A DNA stretch of 64,000 bases, taken from positions 310,001 through 374,000 of the forward strand of contig MU059756.1 of the NCBI GenBank assembly GCA_013265495.1, read 5' to 3'. Under the pieces are notes generated by a model. It saw nothing but the letters and a program-made list of their open reading frames with translations, did no database searches and was not told where the DNA came from. Shown piece by piece: positions 49,149-59,300 of this stretch (position 1 is the first letter of the stretch; every line of letters begins with the position of its first letter). A program made the translations under genes and the position numbers. The DNA is from Vicugna vicugna. Its lineage: Eukaryota.

Positions 49149-49162
49149 GCTACCATGGCAAC
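49149..49162. promoter_or_regulatory. RFX X-box (13/14 match)
   Basis: GCTACCATGGCAAC; reverse complement GTTGCCATGGTAGC versus consensus GTTRCCATGGYAAC. Confidence 0.5.
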
Positions 49163-50269
49163 CACCGCCTGCCACTTCTTAGCTCCTTTTTGAAGTTACT
49201 TCCTAGTTGTGAAGACTCATTTGCATGAAGTTATCAAATAGCTGGGCTCAGTGTTCTCACTGTTCCCAGTGCTCATTTGAAGGCTTTGCCTTGCTTCCTT
49301 TCAGACCCTTTACTGTAGCTGTTTGGTGCATAGGTTTCTCCACTGCAGATACATAGAATATTTCCCCTGCCGATGGCCGCTAGAGCATTTCCTTGTTGCT
49401 AGACTTACAAGTCCCTCTGTGTGAGGTGGTGCATCAGCTTGTTATGCACCCTAAGTGTGAAAATGTCTCGTGGATGATGAATTGGCTGTAAATCAAAAGT
49501 AGGGTGGTATCTTCGAAAGTTCAGACTTAACACATGATAGCTCACTTTGGGCCAATGTGAAAGCAAAAATTCTTTACTCCTCCTAACGATGGTTGACCTA
49601 CAAACAGCTCTCAGGGGCTGCCGTAATCCCTACCATTAGTGTGGACGGACATGTCCAGAAGATCGTGGGAAAACACAGAACTGTGTGCAGGCAATGAGGG
49701 TCAGCACATGGATGGCTTCTAATGACATGACCAGGCATTTGAGGTTACTTCTTTTGGATGACCATTGAAGCAAGAATCCTAAACTCTTTGAGGTCATGTG
49801 ATTCCTGAGTCCCTTTTTATAACTTTTGCACCAAATAGATTTCTCACTCCACTCTGAATACCTTCAGGGTCTGGAAAGTCACCCGTTTTGGGGGGATCCC
49901 ATTCTATCTTTGGCCGCCTGCTACTTCAGCAGCTGTTTCTTGTTGAGATTGCCTTTCTAAGGGCTGCCATTGTATCGGCTTATTTCTGGGTTTTCCAACC
50001 ATTTAGATTCCCTGGGCAGCATGCAAACATTTGCATCTGCTGTTGTGCAGCTAGAGGAGACAGAAGGAAGGAACGATGTGCCCAAGCGAAACTCAGGAGG
50101 CAAGCACCCAAGCTCATATGAAATGTTGATTTGTTGATTCGTTGAACAGACTTTTGAAGACTGATGACTTTTGAGGCATAGTACGAGATGCCGAGGACTT
50201 AGAGATAATCGGCTTTAAGAGCTTCTAGTCTCTCCAGGAGAGGAAGTAAATATAATGTCTGTTTGAAGC

Positions 50270-50815
50270 CCACTCTATGCCTCTTCCGAATTCCATTCTC
50301 TTTCTGTATTTAGAAGCAACCACTAGCCTGATTTTGGTTTTTATCACTTTTATATTTTTACTGTATAGGTGTATGTATAATATTGTTTTGCATGTTTTTG
50401 AGCTTTATAGAAATAGTAACACACTGACTGTATCATTTTGTAACTTACTTTCTTTGCCTTCGGGGCTCATTGGTGTCATTCAAATTCATAATTTTTGCTA
50501 CTGAGTTTTATTATATGAAAATACCATTATTTATTGATGCTATCTGCTAGTAAACACTTAGGGTGTTTCTGTTTTTCACTGTAGAAATCCTTGATGCACT
50601 GAACAATTTAGCTCATGCTCCTGTACAAGAGTTTCTCTGGGTATATTTGTGTCATTGTTGCATCATGTGAGCTGTATTCTCTTCAGCCTTTCTAGATTTT
50701 GATCAGTTAGTTGCTTCTCAAACTGATTATGCTGACTTACTTTCCCACCATGACGGTATTTGAGTTTCAGTTCCGTCCGTTTTCACTAACACTGAGGTTT
50801 GTTGTCTTTTTTGAT
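50270..50815 (-). mobile_element. Ancient L1 3' region (L1ME-like)
   Basis: AGAAGCAACCACTAGCCTGATTTT...GAGCTTTATAGAAATAG...ATGAAAATACCATTATTTATT...TTTCCCACCA. Confidence 0.7.
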
Positions 50816-50829
50816 GCTAGCCTTTATGA

Positions 50830-51238
50830 TATTTGCATAGCTCCATGAACTTTTATCTTTTCATCATACTTAGTCTTGTCAAACTGTAGATTCTAAAAGG
50901 CAGGGACAGTGTGTGTTTACTCACCATTCCAGCCCCAGGAGTTACCTAAATCCAACCCTTTCATCCCTCTCCTGTGGTGCAAGGCCAGTTTCAGATGCTG
51001 TATCTTCCGTGAGCTCTCAAAATCAGATGGCTCTTCCTTCTTTGAGGATGAGCCTGAAGCATTTCAGTTGCATCACTTTCATGTTTGTCATAGCCTGCCA
51101 TATCTTATACTTAATCGTGCACTTTCCTGTTTCCCCCAATAGATTAACTAGTTCTTGAGGATAGAAAAGTTCTTACTCACCTTTGCAGCACCACAGCCTT
51201 GTATGTTTTAGGTGCTTGGTAAATATTTGTGCATATGC
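50830..51238 (+). mobile_element. L2 3' fragments
   Basis: AAACTGTAGATTCTAAAAGGCAGGGACAGTG and TAGGTGCTTGGTAAATATTTGT are L2 tail motifs. Confidence 0.55.
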
Positions 51239-51379
51239 TTCAGCGCCTGGTGCATTCTGAGAGCTCATTCACACCCTTCTTACTTCATGATATTCAGTTG
51301 GGGTTGCCAACAAAAGATATGCACTTATTGTGAGCTGTTGATTGGTGGCCAGATGATGTTCTAGAAGATCTGCAGAAAG

Positions 51380-51680
51380 AGGGGAACTTTTCACCCCACA
51401 CCTGCCCCAGTGCTGGGATTACCAGTCTCTTTATCTTTGTCAGTAGGATAGAGAGAAAATGGTATTTCTGCTTTAATTTACTTTGAGCATCAGTTAAGTT
51501 GGGCATCTTGTAAATATCATCATATTATCTTATGAATACATATATATATATTCCTTTTGTAAGATTTCTGTTCATGTCCTTTGTTCTCTCCTCTTTGGGG
51601 GTGTTTGTCTTATTGTTTGCATCACCTCCTTCTACATTAACAATTTTAACACTTTTTCATGTTGCCAATTTATTTGTTAT
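51380..51680 (-). mobile_element. Ancient L1 ORF2 C-terminal remnant (probably continuing the 50270 element)
   Basis: Minus-frame peptide KYHFLSILLTKIKRLVIPALGQVWGE resembles the L1 ORF2 C-terminal YHLTPVRMAKIKK...CWRGCGE motif. Confidence 0.65.
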
Positions 51681-51699
51681 GTAAAGCTTGATTCTTGGA

Positions 51700-52075
51700 A
51701 TGGATTTCCTACCTGAGTACCTCCACTCATACTGTTTCTCTGGAAGGAATATTCTTCCCTTTTCTGCTTTTCTCTTCCTCTTCCACCCTTTACTTCTTGC
51801 CCCACTCCCTCTGATGCTCTTAACCTGGTCAATTTCTGCTCATCCTACGGAGCTAAGTTTAAATACCATTGCTTTAGAGAGGCCTGTCCAATTCTGCCCT
51901 CCCACTTCACGTAACCCCCCCCCCCATTATCCTCTTCCGTAACTGCCTTCATGTCTCTTCATGGGCCTCACCACTATTTGCAATTACGCATATGCTTAAT
52001 GTTTTTATCCACCACTACGATATAAATCCCTTCAAGGGCTGGGATAGAATCTGCCTGATAAATAAGAGACTGAGT
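51700..52075 (+). mobile_element. L2 3' region
   Basis: CTCTGGAAGGAATATTCTTCCC...TAAATCCCTTCAAGGGCTGGGATAGAATCTG. Confidence 0.55.
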
Positions 52076-52639
52076 AAATTTAACAGCCAAGTGATTCTCT
52101 TTGATCATTCCTTTATTAAATTAAACTAAAATTTAATTTCTGTTTATCACTTGGTAGAGAACGTCTTAAAAGACTTCCACTTTGCATTCCAAAAAAATTG
52201 TGTGTTTGCTAAATGGAAATTCATAAAAATGGAGCTTTTTCAAATGGGTGGATGATCAAGAGAGAGAGAATGTGCATCTGGAAGCAAAACAGCTGCATTT
52301 CTGGGAGGAGGTGCGGCCAGCTGTTCACCCTGTGCCGATGCCGCCGCGCCCCTCCTGGTGTGTTTGCCCAGGAGGCTCTGGAGAAATCTGTAGCATTTGA
52401 ACAGCCCTCTGAGTGTGACTCAAGGCCGTGTGTCTAGTGGCAGTGCACATTTCACAGCTACTTCTAAAAGATAAAGCAGAGACGTAAGCTATGCGAGGCA
52501 CGTCAACATTCACAGCAGGCTAGTTTCTAGGGAGCACTTGTGAACCTGATCTGATTATTAGGCTATTTTCACACATGGTAGGTGTGCTTTAAGGGCAATT
52601 CCATGCTCAGTGGTGAGAAAACAGGAGACTGAAGTCCTA

Positions 52640-52810
52640 ACCTTCTCTGATTCTGCATCAGATGTTTCGATAGCACAGAAAATGTATTCCTTAGGGTTTT
52701 GTAGTTGTGTGTGTATGTGTGCATGAGCGTGTGTGTGTGAGAGTGCACGTGCAGGGATGTAGTTAGATGTAATGGAAATGTGTTTCTTTCACTGGTTAGT
52801 TTGAGGTTAT
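52640..52810 (+). mobile_element. Degenerate MER63-like hAT MITE with an internal GT run
   Basis: AGTTGTGTGTGT...GCACGTG...GATGTAATGGAAATGTGTTTCTTTCACTG resembles the MER63 3' half as I recall it. Confidence 0.4.
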
Positions 52811-54353
52811 TGACATGAATATTACAGATACTGCCATAAAATGTACTGTATTTTTCTGCGGGTTTGACTGTTGTAAATATTTATGGGTAGTTTCTTTTCT
52901 AGAATACAGTTTTCCCAGATTAGAAGGAAAACAATATCTGACTATTCTGAAAGATGAGGAAAGAAGAGGCTGCTATCAATTACAGTGTTTAAAAGTATGG
53001 CGTTAGATAAAAGGGTGACTTGTTATTTAATGTATCAAACAATATTGTGAGTAAATTCTGGTTGACCACATCTGGGTGTGTTCCCTTTGACCCTAAACAG
53101 AGAGGGGTGAGCCAAGAGTGATGAGGTTGGACCCAGTCCACGGGCAGAGAGGGTGGAGCTGGGCTGCATGGAGTGAAGAGAGATGCTGCTTGCATTGGTC
53201 CTTACAGCTGAGCCTGGGCATTTGGGGAGGACACTGCTTCCGTCCAGCTGTGTGCAAGGTCAGCTACACATGATCTTTACATATTACTTTAAATCGGCTT
53301 CTAAGAATCTGGCTTAGACTCTCAGCTGTTTCCGGGTGGTTGGCATCATTTATTTAGTCTTCTTTTAGATTTATTTTATACACTGCCCAAAATGATTTTT
53401 AACAAACAGCCATCCTGCAGACACGCTGATGAGGAACTCTGCACTTGTTTGCTTTGACTCAGTGCACAGCTTAATTTAATGCTCTGAGTCTGGTGGATTA
53501 TTCAAGTCCTAAATTGTGAGCTGCTGTGGTTAGTCTATAATGTCAAGAGTTTTGTTAATCATTTTGGCTACGTTAACCTGTTGCTAAGAACAGGCTCTTT
53601 GGCTTCAGACAAGATATCCAGTGGTAATAGTTTCTGACGTGACCCTAAATATTTAGAAATTCCTTGTTCCTTTAGAATTGCTAATATAATATGATTACTT
53701 ACCCATTTAGTGAATTTGTATTCTAACATTCCTTTATTTCTGATTTTATTTAGCTCCTGGATCTGAAACACTTGCCCCCTTCCCATTTTTTTTTTTTTTG
53801 CCTTCATGGGTTTGGGTTCTTACAATATTGGTGGAACAGCTAGATCAGTATCTTTTATTACAATAATGATTTTTTAATTAGAATATTTGGTCATCAGAGT
53901 TTATAAAACTCATGACTCAGTAGCAGCATGAGCTTCATCAGCTCTTATTTTGAAACATGGGTATGTTTATATTTCTCACACAGCTTATTATTAATGTTTG
54001 TGTTAGGGTTCACAGCATATATTTTTATAAACAGAGAAAATGAACGATCCAGTCTGGTTCTCTGTTCTTATAGTTTTCAGAAACCTGTACTACTCTAATG
54101 CATTTTCTTATTTCTCTTATAATGTTTCTTTGATTTTTTTTGAGGAACGATGTTTTCTTGCCCAAAAGAGCAACTGTGAATTTCCCGGGTGCAGCCAGTA
54201 ATATTCCTTGTCTTAAGCAACTGATTAAACAAACTAAACATTACAAGATTGACCTAGATGTAAAACAATACTGTGTGCCCTGGACCATTCTTTGACTACT
54301 GTTGTAGTTTTGAGTAAGATACACTAAGGTCAAAGCAGGTAGAAGATACTGCC

Positions 54354-54800
54354 TGTATCAGTTAGCTATTGCTGCGTAACATACTGTCTGCTCTAGTTAC
54401 TGTGCCTGCTTAACAAATTACCCCAAAACTTAGTGGCTGAAAGCAATGACAGACTTTATTTCACTCACAAATCTGCAATTTGGTCAGAGCTCTGCAGAGA
54501 TGGCTTGTCTCTGTTCCATTCAGCATCAACTGGGTCAGCTCAAAGGCTGAGGGCTGGAATTGTTTGAAGCTTACTTGCTTACATGTCTCATCACTGATGC
54601 TAGAGGCCAGCTGAGACCTTAGCTAGGACTGTCCCATAGCACCTACATGTGGCCTTTCCATTTGGCCTGGGCTTCCTCACGATATGGGGGCTGGGTTCAA
54701 GGACAAGGACAATATTCTGTTACTACGTAGGAAGGAGAGGCCAACCAGCACTCTGTCATCAGAGCTAGGGTACACAAAGGAAAGGGACCACTTGGAAACT
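54354..54800 (-). mobile_element. MaLR LTR (MLT1F/G-like)
   Basis: TGTATCAGTTAGCTATTGCTGCGTAAC...AACAAATTACCCCAAAACTTAGTGGCTGAAAGCAA...CACCTACATGTGGCCTTTCCATTTGGCCTGGGCTTCCTCAC. Confidence 0.85.
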
Positions 54801-55189
54801 GGGCACTGCAAACCTAAAAATTCAGAATTCATGCATTGATTAGATACAGGGGAAATGTCTGTGTTTTCTTTATAACAGGAAAGTAGCATCATTGTAACAA
54901 ATCTAGTGAGTTCATTGGACACATAGCTTTCAATTTAGACAAGTTTTCTGAAATATTTTAACTTTTCAATGGTTAATTAATTTTATCTTGCTTTCACAGG
55001 CTTACTAACATTATTCTGCTTATGGTAAATTTGATCATCTCGTTTTATAGGTATAGACTATTTCTTTCTGGAGACCAGAATAAGACCTAGAGGGAGATTA
55101 TGGATCTGAGATTTTTACCTCCATGACTAAGGGAAATTATGTGAATTTTAACCAGGTCCATTATACCACTGATTTGAGAGATAATGTCA

Positions 55190-55440
55190 TTATTAATAAG
55201 AACTAGTATTGATTGGGCACTTAGTATATTCCAGGCACTGTTGTAATCATTGTATATAAACAGCTCATTTAATCCTCCCAGTAGTACTATGAAGGAAATA
55301 TTTTTATTACTTTAATTTTATAGGTGAGGAAATAGTAGCCCAGATGAAGTAGCTCATCCCAAATCATATGGATATTAAGTGCTGGAGCAGAGTTAAACCA
55401 CAGATAGTTTGGCTGTAGAATCCATGTCCCTAACCATGGT
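55190..55440 (-). mobile_element. MIR SINE
   Basis: GGCACTGTTGT...CTCATTTAATCCTCCCAG...TTTTATAGGTGAGGAAA. Confidence 0.75.
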
Positions 55441-55859
55441 GAAGGTAGAGAATTTGGGTAAAGCCTAGGCCTTTGACTTCTGTTTCTTCTGAGAAATCAC
55501 ATATGCTGCATCTGTGAAGAGTTGTATAAATGAGTTCAGCAAATATTTGCAAGTCATCTGAAAGTTATTTGTAAAAGTCACTCTTAGATGCTGATGAGAG
55601 ATTTGAAAAAAAATCTCTAAAATGCCCTTTACACCCAAAGACTTTACAAAATTGTAAAGGTATTAAAATAAGAACACAACTAGAACATAAGCCAAACAAT
55701 GGATAAATGAATGAGAACCTATGAAATGGGGGGCTTCAGAGAAAGGCTAGGCAACTGTACTTTGGAAACAGCAGGCAATTAATAAATATCTATTATGCTA
55801 AAATTAAATCGAATTTTGAATAGGTCTTGAGACACACCTGAGGGATAGAATAGGGGTGA

Positions 55860-56085
55860 GAAAAGACTAATCACACATGTAGGGGAAACAGCATATAGTC
55901 AGTCTGGATATGAATAAGGAGAAAGTAGGGCTGTGACTGGAAAGGTGATTAAAGCTGGATTGCTGAGAATCTTTTTTGAAGATCAAGCTGAGGAAGTTGA
56001 ACTTTTTCCTGAGACAATGGGGAGTAACTGACAGTGTCTGAATAGTGCACAAGAGGGGAAGGAATTTGCATGACCTTATGTGAAC
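55860..56085 (-). mobile_element. L2 fragment
   Basis: GCTGAGGAAGTTGAACTTTTTCCTGAGACAATGGGGAG...GCATGAC is a reverse L2 internal segment. Confidence 0.55.
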
Positions 56086-56095
56086 TCTCGAGTCA

Positions 56096-56106
56096 TGCTG
56101 AGTCAC
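56096..56106 (-). promoter_or_regulatory. ARE/MARE-type site GTGACTCAGCA
   Basis: TGCTGAGTCAC on the plus strand matches the NRF2/BACH-sMAF consensus. Octamer ATTTGCAT at 56064-56071. Confidence 0.35.
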
Positions 56107-56270
56107 TTAGTTACTGTTTAACCTGTGTAAGCTGCTCTCTTAGCCTCATTAGACTCAGTTATAAAATGGGGATAAAAATACTGGCCTTTTAGGGTTTTAT
56201 TAGGAAAAATAAGCTATGATATGTAGAAATCCCAAAGTAATGCTTGACACTGAAGCACTATGTAAATGAT
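56105..56270 (+). mobile_element. MIR SINE
   Basis: CTCAGTTATAAAATGGGGATAAAAATACTGGCCTTTTAGGGTTTTATTAGGA. Confidence 0.65.
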
Positions 56271-56411
56271 GATTGCTAATGTACTTTAATATCACATACT
56301 ATTTTGATGGTGAAGATGATGATTATGGCTGATTTCATGGCAGCAGTTATCAGGATGAATTAAAGTTAAAGAAGAAACTCCAGTTAGGATACCTAACTCC
56401 AGTTAGGTATC

Positions 56412-56943
56412 ACTTTTCAGTAAGGAAAGCAAAAACCATATGGGATATTTTAACAGAAGGAATTTAATAGAGGGAATTGGTTAAGTGAGTGGTTTAAAGG
56501 CTAAGAAGCCAAACGGGACAGTGAGCCAACCCAGAGATGAGTAATAGCAGAAAGCTGCTACAATTCCTAGAGCTGAAGGGACACAGGGAGAAGATAGTAT
56601 TACCTGAGCCCAGAGGCTGAGGCTGCCCAGAGGGAGCTAGAACTGTGGTGAAGGCTGCCAATGAGAGCTGGCAATGTGGAGGGAGGGGCTGACTCACAAG
56701 CTGGAGCTGTGGAGGGGAGGTGACTACTGCTGGAGATGCCATTTGGGGCAAAGCTAGGGAGGGAGAAACTCCCTGGCTTTTCTGTTCGTCCTGCCCTAGT
56801 CTTCACTAAAGCTTCTCACTGACAACTGACCTGGAAGCCAGTTGCCAATAGAAGCCAGGAATTACAAGTCCCCTGTGATATAAAGCAGAGATGGGGTTTG
56901 GGCAGTAGAAAGTAGGTCTGAGAGCAAACAAATAACTGTCACA
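56412..56943 (-). mobile_element. ERVL-class LTR (LTR33/LTR16-like)
   Basis: Minus strand starts TGTGACAGTTATTTG. Plus-strand AAACCATATGGGATATTTTAACAGAAGGAATTTAATAGAGGGAATTGGTTA resembles ERVL LTR ends. Confidence 0.6.
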
Positions 56944-56966
56944 GATGGAATTATAATTGGCTATAT

Positions 56967-57158
56967 CTATGCTGTCCAGTATGGTAGCCATTGGGCACAT
57001 GTGGCTGTTTGAATTAAATACAATTTTAAATTCAGTTTCTTAGGTGCACTAGCTGCATTTCAAGTGTTTAGTAACCACATGTGGCTGGTGGCTACCATAT
57101 TGGACAACACAGATACAGAACATTTCCATCATTGCAGAAAGTTTATTGGGTAGTGCTG
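56967..57158 (-). mobile_element. MER3 hAT-Charlie MITE
   Basis: Internal inverted repeat GCTGTCCAGTATGGTAGCCA...CACATGTGGCT / CCACATGTGGCTGGTGGCTACCATATTGGACAAC, then AGAACATTTCCATCATTGCAGAAAGTT. Confidence 0.88.
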
Positions 57159-57169
57159 GTTTATAAGCG

Positions 57170-58075
57170 GTCATGAAGGGTGTATCAGGGTAGTGCAAAT
57201 AGAAGGTAAATTCAGATTTGAGAGGCAGTGAAGGGGTAAAATGAATAGACCTTGTGAAATGATGGAATGATGGACGGAGAGGGAACAAGAAGACAGGTAC
57301 TGCAGATGGTCTCTTACAGTAGCGTCACAAGTGACAGGGAACCCAGGAGAAGAATCTGCTTTGGGGTGGGGGGAATTCGAAGCTTGTTTTGGCCCATGGT
57401 GGGTTTGAGGATCCTGCAGGCTATATGTGTGAAGTTATCTAGGCATCATATTTGGGTCTGGTTAGAGAGTGGGCTAGAAATATAAATGTAAAACTTGCTC
57501 TCATAGAAGTGATAGCTGAACTCTGGGGAAGAGAGCCACCCACTAAGGATTTGTGAATTTGTTTAAGGGTACAGGTGCAGACAGAGTAGACCATGTGGTC
57601 TAAGCTTTGGCAAATCAGAAGATGGTGATTCCATTGAAAACTGTCAGTCATGCAGCCCAGGTGCCAAGAAAGGTCATCAAAGCCAAAATAGAAGCAATGG
57701 GATAGGAGAAAAGGGTGATTTGCGATCTTGATGGAAATGAAAAGTTGATCCGGTAGGGGTGAGGTAGTGTCAAGAGTAAGTGGACGGCAGGGAAGCAGAT
57801 GCTTTAGGAAACCTTCTGAGTTCAAGATCTTTCAGGAGATGCTGCACACTGTGGGGTGCAGGTGAGGTTTGAGGTGAGGCAGACGTGAGATGGAGGAGCC
57901 TCTCATTTGTAAAGAAGAGATGCTAAGACTTAAATCCTTTTAGAAGTTGAAATTACTGTGGATTTGTCCACTAAATAAATATTTTCAAACATTTACTGTG
58001 TGACCAGCACTGTGATAGGCACTAGGCATAGCGAATTAAAGACACAGCCCCGCCGCTTCAAGAAATGCATAGAGT
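57170..58075 (-). mobile_element. L2 fragments
   Basis: Purine-rich reverse L2 segments, and AAACATTTACTGTGTGACCAGCACTGTGATAGGCACTAGG at about 57985-58030. Confidence 0.55.
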
Positions 58076-58099
58076 AAGAATCTAAGCTAGAGAGAGAAT

Positions 58100-58950
58100 C
58101 TCCTTGCGGTGAAGGTGAGGTGGATCTCATTCAGAATGTTGGTGCTGGGCCCACACGCAGAGAGTCAGCGAGATTTGTGGTCGGAAGACAGGAAATGGAG
58201 GGCGGGCTGAGACAACAGGACTGAGAGAAAGAAGGTGGTTCTGGTCCTGAGGGGAGGATTGTCTCTAACCCGGGTCTAGGCTACAGAAGCTTTTAAGAAG
58301 AAGGAAGGACAGAGACAGGAGGCAGGTTCTTGACCCACGTGAGGGTGAGAAAAAAGGCAAACAGGCAGATTTTTGTTTCTGGACGGGTTGGCAGAGCTAG
58401 TTAGCCCTGAAATTCTAGGAATGATATTTCTACCCGGCCTTTGAGCTAATCTTTAATAAAGGTTAATGCTTCCATCTATAGGATGGACTTAAGATGATTC
58501 AGTCATAGCATTCAAAAAATGAGATGGTGAGCGCTTTCAGTTTATGGTGAAGTCGGAGCATTACCAGCAGACTCCGGTGCTCCTTGCTGCATCTGCTCCC
58601 CGGGATCCCCTCCCTCCATACACTCGCTCAATTCAGTCTTTGCAGAGAGTGACCTTCTTTGATCCCCAGTTCCTCTGCCCATCAGTCCTCTCTTGACTCA
58701 CTTGTGTGCTGTGATGAGTGGCTGAGATGTGTCCTGTGGGCATTTCCTTTTGTAGATAAGCCTTTTATTTCAGTCTGTGTAGCTGATGTTTACAGCCGAA
58801 GGCACTTGCGTGGTGGCGAGGAAATGCCTGCCCAGATGAACTTCCTGCTCTTCCCAGTTCCCCTCGGACCTGGATGGGGCAGGCGCTGCCCAATGGCCAT
58901 TTGGAAATTGCTGGGTTGTTTTGTTTTGTTTTGCTTCCGAACAAACAAAT
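58100..58950. promoter_or_regulatory. Putative enhancer, CpG-enriched unique sequence
   Basis: About 20 CpGs counted. ETS (58188, 58840), STAT5/BCL6-type TTCTAGGAA (58413), AP-1 (58694) and GATA (58754) motifs. Confidence 0.4.
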
Positions 58951-59099
58951 GATTTCTGAATGGCTCTCTTGTTCCTAGTTTCTTACCATTTGTTTAATGA
59001 TCAAGATGCAATAATCTGGTTTGTTTATTGTTTGTGGAAATAGTAATGGCGAACATGTATGTAGTGGATACTGCATGCAGGTCCTCTTCTAAACACTAG

Positions 59100-59300
59100 T
59101 ACTTCCTAAACACCTAGGAATTCATTGACTCTTCACAAAAACATTATTTGAATTGGGCACTGTTGTCATCTTTAATTTACCAATGAGGAAAGTAAGGCAG
59201 AGAGTGTTTGAGGATCACTTGTGTGAAGGGGGAAGTGGAGGAACAGGGTTTCAGACCCTGGTGGTCTGGCTCTAGAATCCACGCTCTTAGCCATGTTTCT
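59100..59300 (-). mobile_element. MIR SINE
   Basis: TTTAATTTACCAATGAGGAAAGTAAGGCAGAGAG...GTCTGGCTCTAGAATCCACGCTCTTAGCCA. Confidence 0.7.

Noticed and set aside
7712-58421. Eight scattered TTCYNRGAA (STAT/GAS) sites
   Set aside because: A rough base-composition estimate gives about 5 by chance in 64 kb, so the count is unremarkable.
58711-58727. TGATGA...CTGA suggesting a C/D snoRNA
   Set aside because: The boxes are only a few nucleotides apart and there is no terminal stem.
58768-58796. miR-30e-3p-like words (TTTCAGTC...GATGTTTACAGC)
   Set aside because: Interrupted by extra bases, and there is no complementary 5p arm (TGTAAACATC) nearby, so no precursor hairpin.
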